Below, piece after piece: positions 1 to 11,400 of a stretch of DNA of 64,000 bases. The notes under the pieces are model-generated. The model did no database searches. It was not told the origin of the DNA and was given only the letters and a program-made list of their open reading frames with translations. The DNA is from a virus (lineage: Duplodnaviria; Caudoviricetes): IMG/VR virus record IMGVR_UViG_3300024269_004845, one strand, 5' to 3'. The translations under genes and the position numbers were made by a program. Every line of letters begins with the position of its first letter. The first letter of the stretch is position 1.

Positions 1-166
1 TAATTATAACGCATTTTTCAAAAAAAATCAATAGGGAAGGGATGGAATTGAAGGAATTTTTAAAAATCTTTATCGTTCAATATATTAATATTTTGTAGTT
101 ATATATATTGCATTCTTTATTATATCTTTATTATTCAATTAATTTCATTTGTCTGTTAGTTATCTA

Positions 167-197
167 GTTGAATAAAATTAGTCTAATTTTATTCAAC
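167..197. repeat. Perfect 15-bp inverted repeat with 1-nt spacer (GTTGAATAAAATTAG-T-CTAATTTTATTCAAC)
   Basis: Read directly; lies in an AT-rich non-coding region. Confidence 0.85.
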
Positions 198-422
198 GTT
201 ATGATTATTATTTGTAATTGTATTTTTCTACTACGTAATAAAATTAAGAAAGAAAAAAGAGTTTAAGAAATATATAATATTGAATGGGAGAATATATTGT
301 TATGTGATTTAACGTCTTTGTTTTTATATTTAAGAAAAAACTTAAGTATAATTATAAAAACGATTAGATATTACTTGGATTTTTCTTTTTGTCCGTGAAA
401 TATACTAGATGGGGGTGTCAAC

Positions 423-1490
423 ATGTTTAAAAATCTAAGAAAAGAACGAATCATTTGTATATTACTTATGATTGTTTCGATTTTTGCTTTTGTTACATTT
501 TTAAATACTGAATCTGTTTTTGCTGATAGAACAAGTGCTCTTAATGACGGTGCTCAATTGTGGGGTGCTGGCACTACTTGTTCTTGTGCTCCAACTTATG
601 CAGTAATCGAAAGGAGTAATGAAGCAGATGGTAGTGTAAAGGGCACTACAGTAAATTATGCTAATCCTACTGTTGAAACTAAAAATTCGGCAAAAGTTTG
701 TAGATACACTAGAGATGATGGTGGTACTATTAAAACATTAGATGTACAATGTAATAAACCAAACGGTAGTGTCTATATGCAAAAATACATAGATGCTGGC
801 ATATTTGAAGATGATAATGACGCCAATAAATTTTATAATGATGCATATGCTTATGCGGGATATGTTCAGCAAGGATTATCTACAAAAACCCAAAGTGGTG
901 TAACTATTGGTATTTCTAATATTCAAACTGATATTACTGGTAGTGGATGGTCTGATATGGGTAATGGACAATTTCAGAGAGCAATGTTTGAATTTAATAA
1001 TAATGCACATTATGTATATTCTTTCTTGATTGGATTTGCTTTTGTTACAGCAATGTTAGTATTTATACTCATTTTTATGAAAATAACTTGGTTGCCTGAC
1101 CACCCTATTAAGAGAAGAGAAGCTATGGAAGACATCGTAACCAGCGGCGTTTCTGTTATTCTTACTGGTGGTATTTGGGTTGTTATTAGTTTATTCCAAT
1201 CTATATTCGACCGTTTTTGGTCCTCTTATGCAGTTTATTCGAAAGATTGGAGAAGCGTTGCAAATATGTTCTTATATGAATATAAGGGATTAGTTATTGG
1301 GATACTTGGTGTTGCTGCTTTAACTGCTCTTTTAATGTTAATTAAAAATTTCGTCGGTTTGTCCTTTAGTGGGGACAACCCAGGAGCAAGAAAACAAAAA
1401 ATCATTTCAATTCTATTCTGTGGAATCGCAACTGCTGGTCTAGGTGGATTAGCAATTGTTATGGGATTCTTCTGGAACATGCTTGGATAA
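423..1490 (+). CDS. Exported/membrane protein with two C-terminal TrbC/VirB2 pilin-like hydrophobic hairpins
   Basis: Signal peptide (..VFA-D), Cys-containing N-domain, two TM-[D/N]xP-x-R-TM units; RBS GGGGGTG. Confidence 0.6.
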   Translation: MFKNLRKERIICILLMIVSIFAFVTFLNTESVFADRTSALNDGAQLWGAGTTCSCAPTYAVIERSNEADGSVKGTTVNYANPTVETKNSAKVCRYTRDDGGTIKTLDVQCNKPNGSVYMQKYIDAGIFEDDNDANKFYNDAYAYAGYVQQGLSTKTQSGVTIGISNIQTDITGSGWSDMGNGQFQRAMFEFNNNAHYVYSFLIGFAFVTAMLVFILIFMKITWLPDHPIKRREAMEDIVTSGVSVILTGGIWVVISLFQSIFDRFWSSYAVYSKDWRSVANMFLYEYKGLVIGILGVAALTALLMLIKNFVGLSFSGDNPGARKQKIISILFCGIATAGLGGLAIVMGFFWNMLG

Positions 1491-1503
1491 ATATACAAAA
1501 ATT

Positions 1504-1535
1504 AAAAGAAGCTGCTTTCAAGCAGCTTCTTTTTT
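1504..1535. terminator. Bidirectional intrinsic terminator
   Basis: AAAAGAAGCTGCTT-TC-AAGCAGCTTCTTTTTT between convergent genes. Confidence 0.85.
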
Positions 1536-1536
1536 A

Positions 1537-2040
1537 TTAATATATTGGTTTGTCATTTTCGAATTTACCTGCGTAATTAAATAACACTTCTCCAGTTTGT
1601 TTATCTTGTATTTTTATAAATCCTGTGCCATCAAGTTTATTGTCTATAAAAAATCCAGATTTTGTTATTATTTTGTCTTCCGTAATGATGGTTATATCTC
1701 CTTCTTGTAGGTTGAAATTGTTAAAAGAGCCTTCAAGATAATATTCAACATTTTTATTTATTAAAGATATATTTCCTTCTTTAAAAACGCCATCCTTAAA
1801 AGTTCCTGTCAATTTAAAATCGTTATTTTCACTTTCTATAACTGTATATCCATTTAATTTATCATCGAGTAATTCACCTGATATCTTTAAAGTTGGATAA
1901 AATGTGCTATTAATATCATATGTTGTATCATCAGAAGATGGTTTCAGTAATGAAGTACAAATAATAATGGCTGTAATTATTGATACAATTAACAATCCAA
2001 TAATTATATAAACTTTATTTTTTTGTATAAATTCCATCAA
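1537..2040 (-). CDS. Membrane-anchored protein with MORN-like repeats
   Basis: N-terminal TM; repeated GxFxxG/YxGxFxxD units; RBS GGAGG. Confidence 0.6.
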   Translation of the reverse strand: MMEFIQKNKVYIIIGLLIVSIITAIIICTSLLKPSSDDTTYDINSTFYPTLKISGELLDDKLNGYTVIESENNDFKLTGTFKDGVFKEGNISLINKNVEYYLEGSFNNFNLQEGDITIITEDKIITKSGFFIDNKLDGTGFIKIQDKQTGEVLFNYAGKFENDKPIY

Positions 2041-2146
2041 TGCAACCTCCTTTTAGACTTTTTTAAAATTATATTCAGGGGGTTTTTAAAATATAGTTAA
2101 TAAAAGAATTACAAGAATGAAAATATATTTGTGGAGGCAAAAAATA

Positions 2147-3220
2147 ATGAAAAAAATACAGGAGTATTTTAAAGAATCTCCAGAGGTTCTAAATTTTATT
2201 CTATTTGTCGTTGGGGCCGTTTGTTTAGTATTCTTTACAAACCATTTAAGTGGTATATTTGCGCCCTTTTTAATTGCTTATATCGTCACAATGATAACTA
2301 GACCATTAATGGATAAACTAACAAATAAATTGCGAGTCCCTAGGTTATTGGCAACTATTATTTGTATGTTATTGATAGTTGTTGTCGGAGGGGTTGTGAT
2401 TTGGTTCTTTATCCATAATATCGTAGATGGTATAACTTATGTAATTAATCTAATTAGTGACAAATTTACAACACAGAATATTCTTTCTTATGTGAATTTA
2501 ATAGAAGAAAAATTAGATGCGTTTAATAAATTTGGGGAATTTGAAATAGATATAGTAACAATAACTAATGAATTTTACAGCTTAATTAAGGGATTAATTA
2601 GTTCTTTGTCTGCTATGAGTATTAACATTGCTATGGGAATTCCTGCTTTTCTTGTGGCTTTCATTATTGGCTGTATTGCATCTTTTTATATGCTATATGA
2701 TTATCCTAGGATTTCTGGGTTTTTATCAAAGCAGTTTTCCGACAAAACGGCGAAAATAGTAAACGTATTTAATACGAATGTATTATTTTCTTTGATGAAA
2801 ATGATATTTTCATATGCAATACTTTCAGTAGTTTGTTTCTGCGAACTAGCTATTGGTTTTTTTGTACTTGGTATAAAAGATGCTTGGTTTGTTGCGTTTA
2901 TAATTGCCATTATTGATGTTTTCCCTATTCTAGGAAGTGGCGGTATATTAGTTCCTTGGTCAATTCTTAGTTTCTTAACTGGGAAGCCGATAATTGGTAT
3001 TGGGCTGATTGTGTTGTGGGGAGTCATTATTGTTGTAAGACAGATATTAGAACCCAAAGTAGTAGGCGCACAAATAGGATTACATCCTTTACTGACTATC
3101 ATGACCTTATTTATAGGGCTGAAAACTATGGGCGGATTAGGGTTGTTAATGGGACCACTATATGTCATAGTTTGTAAAAAGCTTACCGAATCTGGTATAA
3201 TTAGCTTGTATAAAGAATAA
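2147..3220 (+). CDS. ytvI: AI-2E family transporter, YtvI-like
   Basis: Multi-TM; motifs IIDVFPILGSGGILVPW and RQILEPKVVGAQIGLHPL; start moved to the ATG after GGAGG. Confidence 0.85.
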   Translation: MKKIQEYFKESPEVLNFILFVVGAVCLVFFTNHLSGIFAPFLIAYIVTMITRPLMDKLTNKLRVPRLLATIICMLLIVVVGGVVIWFFIHNIVDGITYVINLISDKFTTQNILSYVNLIEEKLDAFNKFGEFEIDIVTITNEFYSLIKGLISSLSAMSINIAMGIPAFLVAFIIGCIASFYMLYDYPRISGFLSKQFSDKTAKIVNVFNTNVLFSLMKMIFSYAILSVVCFCELAIGFFVLGIKDAWFVAFIIAIIDVFPILGSGGILVPWSILSFLTGKPIIGIGLIVLWGVIIVVRQILEPKVVGAQIGLHPLLTIMTLFIGLKTMGGLGLLMGPLYVIVCKKLTESGIISLYKE

Positions 3221-3321
3221 TAACGCAGTATATAAGCATAATTATTAATTATTTATTATAATATAAAAGATGAAGAGTCGTTTATTATGACTATTTGAAA
3301 TAATTGAAAGGAGTTGTTTTC

Positions 3322-3600
3322 ATGAACAAGGCACAACTTATTAAGGCTATTAGCGAGGAGAGTGGTCTTTCTCAGAAGGACACTGCACTTTTCTTAGATT
3401 CTTTCGTTAATGTCGTTACCGAAGCAGTAGTTAATGATGATAAAGTCAAAATTGTTGATTTCGGTACTTTCTATTCTAAGGAAAGAGCTCCTAAGTTAGG
3501 AGTTAATCCTAAGAATCCTAGCGAAAAGATTCAAATTCCTGCTAAAGTCGTTCCTACATTTAGTGCTGGAAAGGGATTTAAGAATAAATTCGAAAAGTAA
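3322..3600 (+). CDS. hup: HU family DNA-binding protein
   Basis: MNKAQLIKAIS..., DFGTF, GVNPK, IPAKVVPTFSAGK. Confidence 0.95.
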   Translation: MNKAQLIKAISEESGLSQKDTALFLDSFVNVVTEAVVNDDKVKIVDFGTFYSKERAPKLGVNPKNPSEKIQIPAKVVPTFSAGKGFKNKFEK

Positions 3601-3637
3601 TTAATTTTAGTTTTTTGAAAGAGGTGGCGAATTAAAA

Positions 3638-4015
3638 ATGTATATAGTGTATAGTATAGGTATCATGTTTATTATGTTTTGTATTGTCGATTTGGTATAC
3701 ATGGGGTATAAAAAATATTTGGAATTCGTTTCAAAAAAAAGTGGACAAAAGAGAGATGAAAATGTATCATTACTATATCCATCCGTATTTTTAGTTGGTT
3801 GCCTAATAAGAATTCTATTCTACGAAAAAAACGTCGCTTTTTTAATATTGTTTAAAGAGACCTTTTTATGGGGACTTTTAGCACTATTAATAATTTTTAA
3901 TATTATCGTCATAAAAAACCGTATCAGTTCTGCGAAGAAAGATATTTCGATATTTAAGAATATAGAAAAAAGCGATGGCGAAAAATTGTTTAAAAAGAGA
4001 AATAATAAGAAATGA
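3638..4015 (+). CDS. Small membrane protein (3 TM)
   Basis: ORF with RBS GAGGTG and hydrophobic segments. Confidence 0.65.
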   Translation: MYIVYSIGIMFIMFCIVDLVYMGYKKYLEFVSKKSGQKRDENVSLLYPSVFLVGCLIRILFYEKNVAFLILFKETFLWGLLALLIIFNIIVIKNRISSAKKDISIFKNIEKSDGEKLFKKRNNKK

Positions 4016-4070
4016 TTTACATAATAATAGGGTTGGCAAAAGCCAACCCTATTATTGTTTTTATATTTTG

Positions 4071-4958
4071 TTAAAGCGGGAATTTGCTTATTATTTCTAC
4101 TTTTTTGTTGTATTCATTTATTTTTTGTTGCGCGGTTTCTTCCATTTCTAGTATCATAGAATTTGCCATTTGTTTTTTGGATTGCCAATTCTCTCCTGTG
4201 ATTTTGTATTTAAGGATTGCTTCTTTTATTACCCCAACTGTTGCAAGTTCTGTTTCTGCAGACTCTCTTTTTGCGTTCAGGTCTGCAAGCAACTTCTCCT
4301 TTGTGGAGTTAAAAGAAATATCTTTTTCGAAAAATTCATCACATGTCTTTATTATGGAAGTTCTTAACTCTGATGGGTTTTTAGAGATTAAATCTTCTTT
4401 ATTTTCTACATAATTAGATAAAATTTCATCTATTGAAGAAAGAAATTTTGACTTGTTTTCTTCCATGTTGTCTTTTGTTCTATATTTATTTTCTGTAAAA
4501 AAACGAATTTTTTCCTTTAAAGAAAACTTATCTATTAATGCCTCTGATAAAAATAAATTTTGATTGATTGCTAGAAAATTGTTCGTTAGGTCGTTCTTAT
4601 ATTGAACATTATTCATTATACTTAAAATGGTATTAACATCTAATGTTGACTCCATAATAAGATTGTTAATGTTCCCTGCATGTCCTAAATATTCTAATAA
4701 ACATTCATTGCTAACATCTGAACTTTTAGTTAGGTCAAATGGAATAGAAATGATTTCATATGGCTCAAATACCGTGCCATTATTTTTGATTGCTAGCTGT
4801 CTAGAAGGCTTTGAGTCTGCCTTTTGTTGCATCTTTGTTAATTTTTTACTATAAACTGCTTCAATTTCTTCAATTACAAATACTGCTCCATCTTTGGCAT
4901 ATAGCATTCCTATTGGAGTTGTTGATACTTTATTTTTTGAAAAAGAATCTAAAAACAT
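4071..4958 (-). CDS. Hypothetical protein with C-terminal coiled coil
   Basis: 295-aa ORF, RBS GGAGG, terminator downstream. Confidence 0.7.
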   Translation of the reverse strand: MFLDSFSKNKVSTTPIGMLYAKDGAVFVIEEIEAVYSKKLTKMQQKADSKPSRQLAIKNNGTVFEPYEIISIPFDLTKSSDVSNECLLEYLGHAGNINNLIMESTLDVNTILSIMNNVQYKNDLTNNFLAINQNLFLSEALIDKFSLKEKIRFFTENKYRTKDNMEENKSKFLSSIDEILSNYVENKEDLISKNPSELRTSIIKTCDEFFEKDISFNSTKEKLLADLNAKRESAETELATVGVIKEAILKYKITGENWQSKKQMANSMILEMEETAQQKINEYNKKVEIISKFPL

Positions 4959-5132
4959 AATAGAACCTCCCGATAAAACTTTTAAAATAAATTATTTAGA
5001 CTATATTATTATATAATAATATTGTATAAATAATTGCTGTAATCGTTTTGACAAAAGATTTTGGGTTTTACTCTTGATTTTTTTGTTTGGATGTGTTATG
5101 ATAAATACAAAATATTTTTGGAGGGTTGAGAG

Positions 5133-5540
5133 ATGAAAAAAATAGTAACTTTGATTTTAGTCATCTGTATGGCTGTTGGGGTTATGTCTTTAACTGGCTG
5201 TTCTAAAAATGAATCCAATTCTGATATTAGAATAGCCGTTTATAATACTAGATACAATGGTGATTTGCAGAATGACTACCCAGATTATATTCTTACAAGT
5301 GATAAAGTGTTAGAAATGATTGATTCTGGTACTGGTGATGGTCCTCTTGAAGAGTATAGTGAGGTTAGAGTACTTCATAAATTGGTTTATTATAATGAAT
5401 CAGGAGAAGAGATAACTGTTATCATTCAGAATATTGGTAAGGTTACATATATGCGTATCGGGCTTCCTCAAGCCGTGCATTATTTGACAGACGCTGAACT
5501 TCATGAATTGTTGCTAGAAATAACTGGGGCTAATAAGTAA
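5133..5540 (+). CDS. Lipoprotein
   Basis: Signal peptide with lipobox LTGC; RBS GGAGG. Confidence 0.75.
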   Translation: MKKIVTLILVICMAVGVMSLTGCSKNESNSDIRIAVYNTRYNGDLQNDYPDYILTSDKVLEMIDSGTGDGPLEEYSEVRVLHKLVYYNESGEEITVIIQNIGKVTYMRIGLPQAVHYLTDAELHELLLEITGANK

Positions 5541-5584
5541 GTAAAAGGGCCCAAATAATGGGCCCTTTTATAATTATTATCATT

Positions 5585-6238
5585 TTATGCGTGTTTCTTC
5601 TCTCTGGGCTTTCTAGAATAATTGGGGTCAATGGAAATTTTAATATTCTCGAGATTGTAGCCCAATTCAACCAGTGCCTTTTTTAAGAAATACATATTGT
5701 TAATTGCAAGCTTTGCGACATCCACATAAACAGCGTTGCGACCAGAGCCAATCATTGCGGGGTCAGACATATCCTGGTTTGTTTTTGCAAAATAAAGATG
5801 TCGGTCTCCATTAACATTGGGGTTATCACAGAGTGTCATGAATTTGGAAGCATCTTTATTGTATGCCATTCTGCAGGCCGTTTCGGTTAGAGAACGGAAA
5901 CTATTTACGAGTTCAGTTTTTCCGTCCATTTCGATGGATACAGGTCTTTTGTTGGTTAAGTTTTCCGTAATGGCAACAGTGGTAGTTTCCACATCTGTAA
6001 TGGGGTTGCTTTGAGAATTGTTTTCGTTTTTTGAACTATTTTTATTTTTCTTCTTGGGCTTAGGTTCATTTGCGTAGGAATCATTTAAGATGGAATCTAC
6101 ATTGTTAATCATTTGAATTTCTTTGGAAAGTTCTTCGATTTTCTTTGTGTCTGCATTTACTGCGGCAGAAAAAAGTTCTTTAGAAGCGATGTCCTTTTCG
6201 ATGTTGATAATTTCTTTGATTTTGTTAATGTGAGTCAT
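5585..6238 (-). CDS. Hypothetical protein (possible C-terminal DNA-binding domain)
   Basis: 217-aa ORF, RBS AAGGAG; Lys-rich linker. Confidence 0.65.
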   Translation of the reverse strand: MTHINKIKEIINIEKDIASKELFSAAVNADTKKIEELSKEIQMINNVDSILNDSYANEPKPKKKNKNSSKNENNSQSNPITDVETTTVAITENLTNKRPVSIEMDGKTELVNSFRSLTETACRMAYNKDASKFMTLCDNPNVNGDRHLYFAKTNQDMSDPAMIGSGRNAVYVDVAKLAINNMYFLKKALVELGYNLENIKISIDPNYSRKPREKKHA

Positions 6239-6326
6239 TTTAAAAGCTCCTTTTTAAAAATTTGAGGTTTCTAATTTGATTATTACCTAATTTAATCATT
6301 TTATTCATGGAGGAGGTTTGTTTTTG

Positions 6327-6788
6327 ATGAAAAAAATAAGACTTTTTTCGGCAATATTCATTATTGCTTTCTCCTTAATTATCGGTGGGATATTTTATTT
6401 CAATTCTGAGAGTAGTTCTGCTGAAGAATCAACTGATGATAGTATTCTGTACAATAAATTCTACGAATATACATCAGAGGAGATAAAATTTTTTATAAAA
6501 GAACGTGGATATGATTTTATTGAAGAATATGGTGATTCTGATATCAGACTTTTAAAGAAAGAATTAATGGTTGCTTTAAAAGCGAGTAATATAGAAGACG
6601 GGTATCTTTATTATGAGATTTATCAATCTGATGCTATGATGATTCGTGGGATTCTATATCCTCAAGACGAATACTATTATTCTAATATAATGATAGATAA
6701 AATGGCAGAATTTGAAAATCAGCTAATTGTAAAGATTTTAGATAGCGAGAATTCTGAATTGTATATTTTTGACGTGAAGGAGGGTTAA
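6327..6788 (+). CDS. Membrane-anchored exported protein
   Basis: N-terminal TM/signal; RBS GGAGGAGG. Confidence 0.7.
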   Translation: MKKIRLFSAIFIIAFSLIIGGIFYFNSESSSAEESTDDSILYNKFYEYTSEEIKFFIKERGYDFIEEYGDSDIRLLKKELMVALKASNIEDGYLYYEIYQSDAMMIRGILYPQDEYYYSNIMIDKMAEFENQLIVKILDSENSELYIFDVKEG

Positions 6789-6789
6789 T

Positions 6790-7380
6790 GTGCGATATAG
6801 CTTTAAAAGAATGTTCATTTGCTCGGTCTTCGCAGCAATTACATTGTCGGTAATTGCTATAGTTAATTTGGAACATGCAATTGACAATTGGTCTGGGCCA
6901 TTGATTAGTAGTCTTTTTTCTAAAGATGACTATGAATATTCGATATCTATTCCTGATTATTGGGAGAGATATTATCCTTCGGATACTAGTGACTTAATAG
7001 ATTCTACCCTTGAAGATAAAATTATATACAGTGGTAACAATTCAGAATATTTGATTTTGAGTGTTTCTGAATATCCTGCTGTCTATGACCCTGAATTGTA
7101 CAAAACATATATGGCAATGGAAGTATATGGAGAATATGGAATAGAATCAGAAACTGAATACTTGAAGCATAATAATAAAAACATTTATTATATCCATTTT
7201 GAACTTTCGGGGATTAACTATGTAATTGGATTTGTGGAAAACAAAGGGTTTATCATAGATTTTGAATATAAAAGGCCTTCGACTAATAATATAAATGAAG
7301 GATTATATACTATAATAAGTAGTATAGAAAGGTTTAAAGTGAAGGAGGTAGACATAAATGGGCAAGTTAATGCAGAATAA
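6790..7380 (+). CDS. Exported protein, PsbP/DcrB-like fold suspected
   Basis: N-terminal TM, YSISIPDYW motif, C-terminal IISSI helix. Confidence 0.55.
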   Translation: MRYSFKRMFICSVFAAITLSVIAIVNLEHAIDNWSGPLISSLFSKDDYEYSISIPDYWERYYPSDTSDLIDSTLEDKIIYSGNNSEYLILSVSEYPAVYDPELYKTYMAMEVYGEYGIESETEYLKHNNKNIYYIHFELSGINYVIGFVENKGFIIDFEYKRPSTNNINEGLYTIISSIERFKVKEVDINGQVNAE

Positions 7381-8017
7381 AAAAATTATCGCATTGATTT
7401 TGTTGGTATTGTTGCTTGGAATCGTATTAATAGCATATAAATTTGTTGGAACGGGAAGCACACCTAACAATCCAGTTGAAGATAATGGACCAGTTATTGA
7501 AAATCCCGAAGTAATAGATGATATATATATTAGAGATGAAGAGGGCAATATCAAGGATGTCTTAATTATTGATACTGAAGAATATCATCTAAGTATGGAT
7601 TTACTGGGAACTTGGAAAGAATATTTATTGCCAATTGACCAGAGAGATAAGTATCAGGCCTTTATGATTCCTGACAAAACAAGTGATGCTATTCCTTATT
7701 TTTACATACTAATCGAAGAGTCTCCTAAGATAACTAATGAAACGGTTATAGAGGAAGAAATTATTTATTCTTTAAAAGACGAATATGACTCTTTCGAACT
7801 AGAACAGATATTGAAAAAAAATGGTTCTGATTATACTAAATATAGTATTACCTACAAAACTATTAAAGACAGAGCTGAAAACAAAAACTACTTAACAATC
7901 ATTTATCAGGATGGTTATAAGATATCATTTACCTATTCAGCTTTAAGCATTGCTTACGCTGGGGAAAAAGGATATATTGATGACATGATTGATACATTTG
8001 AATTTTTTAAGAAATAA
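7358..8017 (+). CDS. Exported protein, PsbP/DcrB-like fold suspected
   Basis: N-terminal TM; ends FTYSA...IDDMIDTFEF; RBS AAGGAGGT. Confidence 0.55.
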   Translation: MGKLMQNKKIIALILLVLLLGIVLIAYKFVGTGSTPNNPVEDNGPVIENPEVIDDIYIRDEEGNIKDVLIIDTEEYHLSMDLLGTWKEYLLPIDQRDKYQAFMIPDKTSDAIPYFYILIEESPKITNETVIEEEIIYSLKDEYDSFELEQILKKNGSDYTKYSITYKTIKDRAENKNYLTIIYQDGYKISFTYSALSIAYAGEKGYIDDMIDTFEFFKK

Positions 8018-8133
8018 AAATAAAACTCCCAAATTTTTATTGGGAGTTTTTTCTATGTGTGATTGATGTATAAAAGAGCAAAAAAGTCATTGTATTATAC
8101 AATGACTTTTTGTAGTTCTCTTATATATATAAT

Positions 8134-8223
8134 TTAGATGACAAACACCTTAATAACTAATGCAATTACAATAGGGATAAGAAGAGCTAACATTTCTTTA
8201 TTCTTAACTAGATTTTTTAACAT
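8134..8223 (-). CDS. Unannotated 29-aa single-TM peptide MLKNLVKNKEMLALLIPIVIALVIKVFVI (type I toxin-like)
   Basis: Translated by hand; strong RBS AAAGGAGTG; bidirectional terminator at ~8081-8111. Confidence 0.65.
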   Translation of the reverse strand: MLKNLVKNKEMLALLIPIVIALVIKVFVI

Positions 8224-8443
8224 ATCAGTCACTCCTTTTTTGACGATTTTTGGACAACTATATGTAGTATTATATTACATTTGTGACCTCTATATACATT
8301 ATGACACATTTTTTCAAAAAAGTCAAGTCTTTTTTGAAAAAATGTGTAAAAAAAATAAAAAAATTTTTGTACAGTTTGCCAATTGACTTAATATGTAAAA
8401 AAAAATACGGGGAATCCCCCGTATTTTTTTGTTGTTCTCCTGC

Positions 8444-11400
8444 TTACATACCATTAGCAGCTTCAATTGGGTCGGCAGCTTCGACAACTTTACTATCAGA
8501 AGATGCATCTGCCTCAGCGTCATTTGGATTATTTGTTAATTCTTCTGCTTTAGGCTTAACTTCTGCAGTAACAGCTGTTTGTTGTCCGTTATCATTCTCA
8601 ATAACTTCCTCAATTGCTTCAACGGTTTTGTTTACTGCTTTGTTTGGCATATCTGCAGTGGTTTCGAGAGTTTCATTCTTAAATACTTCTCTGTATTCAT
8701 GAGATGCTTCATGATTGTGTACATAATTTCTGAAAACTTCTGGGATTTCAGGAACTATGATTGGTTCTTCTCTATCAAAAGTTGTTCCTGCGCCTTTGCC
8801 GTGTAGTTTATTAAGGAACTCTTCCGTTTTAACGGCTTCAGCAGTATAAACAGGAAGTTCCATGCTCACTGCTCTGCCATCTGTGCTTAGACTTTGTTGA
8901 TGTGCTATTAAGGCTTCATTATAGGCAGTTGCTGCACTTGCGAAGGAAGCATGAGCATCCGTAACAAGCTTAATTGACTCAAGATTAACTTTTCGTTCGT
9001 GTTCAGAACCAGATGTGGAAAGCACAGTCTCTGTATGATGTCTAAGTTCTGTTAATTGTGTATAAGCTCTTTCTGCTTCTCTTGCAGCATTACGAAGATT
9101 TTCTAGTTCCGTATTAGCTTCGTTTGCAGAAACTCTTTCTCCAATGCTTTGGTGGTTTACCTGAGTAACTTCATGGTGTGTTAATCCATGTTCTTGACGT
9201 GTTTCTTGGACGCTTTCTAAAGCATTTTTCATACTTGTAAGAGCTTTGCATTCTGTATATGCTCTTGCTGTTTCAACATCTTGGTCAAGTTGTTTCTCAA
9301 AAGCTTTTCTAATTAGTGGATGGTCAAATTCCTGTGCAGACACAAATAGAGCTCTGTCATCTTTTGTCCATGTGGCTAATGGTTTAGATGCTAAATCGGC
9401 TAAGGCTTCTTTATCCATCGTTTGCCATTTTTGGAAGAATGCTTTATCTTCTTTTGTCCAGTCTTCAAGTGATTTACTACCGAGTTCTTGTAGTCTGCTA
9501 TCAATTCTTTCTACTGTTGATTCTACGGCCCCAGAATATTTTACTTCTAGTTTATCTATCTGCAGCTTAAAGTCTTCTTTGATTCTAATCTCATTGGAAA
9601 GATGTGTTGCGAATTCTTCATTGGACCTGTCTTGCATTCCATATTTTTCTTTTAGGTCTTTTATAACGCCCTCTACTTTAGCAATTTCTCCATCAATTCG
9701 TTTTTGTTCTGGAGAGTTTTTCTTGAGTTGAGGGTCTTCGTTTTCTTTTCCATGGTTGAAGTAATTTGCCCATCTTTCTTTCCAAGATGCCTTTTCGTGA
9801 GAGTGGGACGCTGCAGCCTCTTTTTCTTCTTGAAGGCTTTTTAGTTCTTTCATTTTGCTTTCTAAGGTTTCTAAATCTTTCTGCATCCCTGCTAATTCAA
9901 CCGTTTGTGCCACTAGTTTTGTATATTGGATGTTTGTAATTTCTTTATCCATTTCAAAAATAGTTTTGGCCGTAGATGTTTCAGAGTGCATCATTTCTTG
10001 TAGGTTCATTGAACCAAATTTGGATGTTCCTACAGATTGCAATTCTTGTTGAGAACTTTCAAATCCGTAATTTAGCTTATTTTTTGATTCTAAAATCCCG
10101 ATTGCTGCGGTCAAGTCTTGGCTTGGATTTTCAATTTGTTTAAGTTTTTCAAGTTCTGCCGTTATGCCATCGTGGTCTTTTAGTATTTCAGGGGTAGTTG
10201 TTATTTTGCTATCTTTATCAAATAAATGTTCAAGCTCTTTGCAACCTTTTAATGTTTTTAGCTCATCTACAGAATATTTTATTTCTCCATCTTTTAATAT
10301 TTCCTTGATTTGTTCTGCGGCAGAAGCTTTCACTTCTTCTCTGACTTTTAATATTTCTTCGGCAGAGATTTTATCGTATGCGGAAAAATCTACTTTTTCT
10401 GCAAGTCTCCAGTGTGACTTACCGTTTTCATCGGTGTATAACATATCAGAAAATATTTCTGCTTTTATTTTTGTTGCTAAGCCTTCTTGGAATTCATCAA
10501 TTCTTCTTATATCTACTCCAGGATTTTCTCTACAAGCTTGCAATATATTTTCTCTAAAAATGTCTTGTTGTATAGACTTATCGGCCAATCTAGTGATTTC
10601 TGCCATATCGTCTTTAAACAACATTGCTACTTGTGGATTTTGAACCTCATATGCTGAAGTGGCAGCACTAAGAAGTACTGGAGTGGATTTCTCTACTGTG
10701 AAAGAAGGGTTAGTTTCTGTAAATGACGTATAAGTGTGAATTTCTCTCCAAGAGATTCCTTCCGCTTTTTCTAAGAAGGCTTCAAATTTAGGGTCTTTAA
10801 AAATTGGGGATTCTGGATTTTGCTTTTCATAAGCTTTTATTATTTCTGAGAAATTAGCTTCTTTATTTTCAAAATTAATTGCATATTTGATGAAATCTTC
10901 TTTTTGCGCCATAAACTCTTCAACTTTTCCAATGGCTGTTTTTTGTTCTGCTGTAGGATGATATTCTATAGCGCGAATACCACCTTCTGCAGTTTTATCT
11001 TTAACCACAGGGTGTAATTTAGAGTCTAAAAGGGATTTTGCTTCCGACATTTCTACTCGTACTTCGGAGAATTTGGCGATTGCCTCTCTCATTTCTTCGG
11101 GAGTCTGATATTTAATGCTATCGGGAGATAAGTTTCCAGCTTTTAATGCATCGCTTATAATTGTTATATCCTTAGTTCCAACTTCTAATTTTTTATTTTC
11201 ACTGATTTTTCCTTCTAATAAATCAATAGCTGATTTGATTGCCTTGTCTCTCTCGCTAAGAGATTGAGACTCTAAATATACTCCATACGCAGTACTCAAA
11301 TCATTTGATTTAGATATCTGATGATTATTTGCTAAAACAGTTTGCTCTTCTCTCGTATATCTAATGTTTTGCAATATTTGTGGATTATATTCATATTCCA

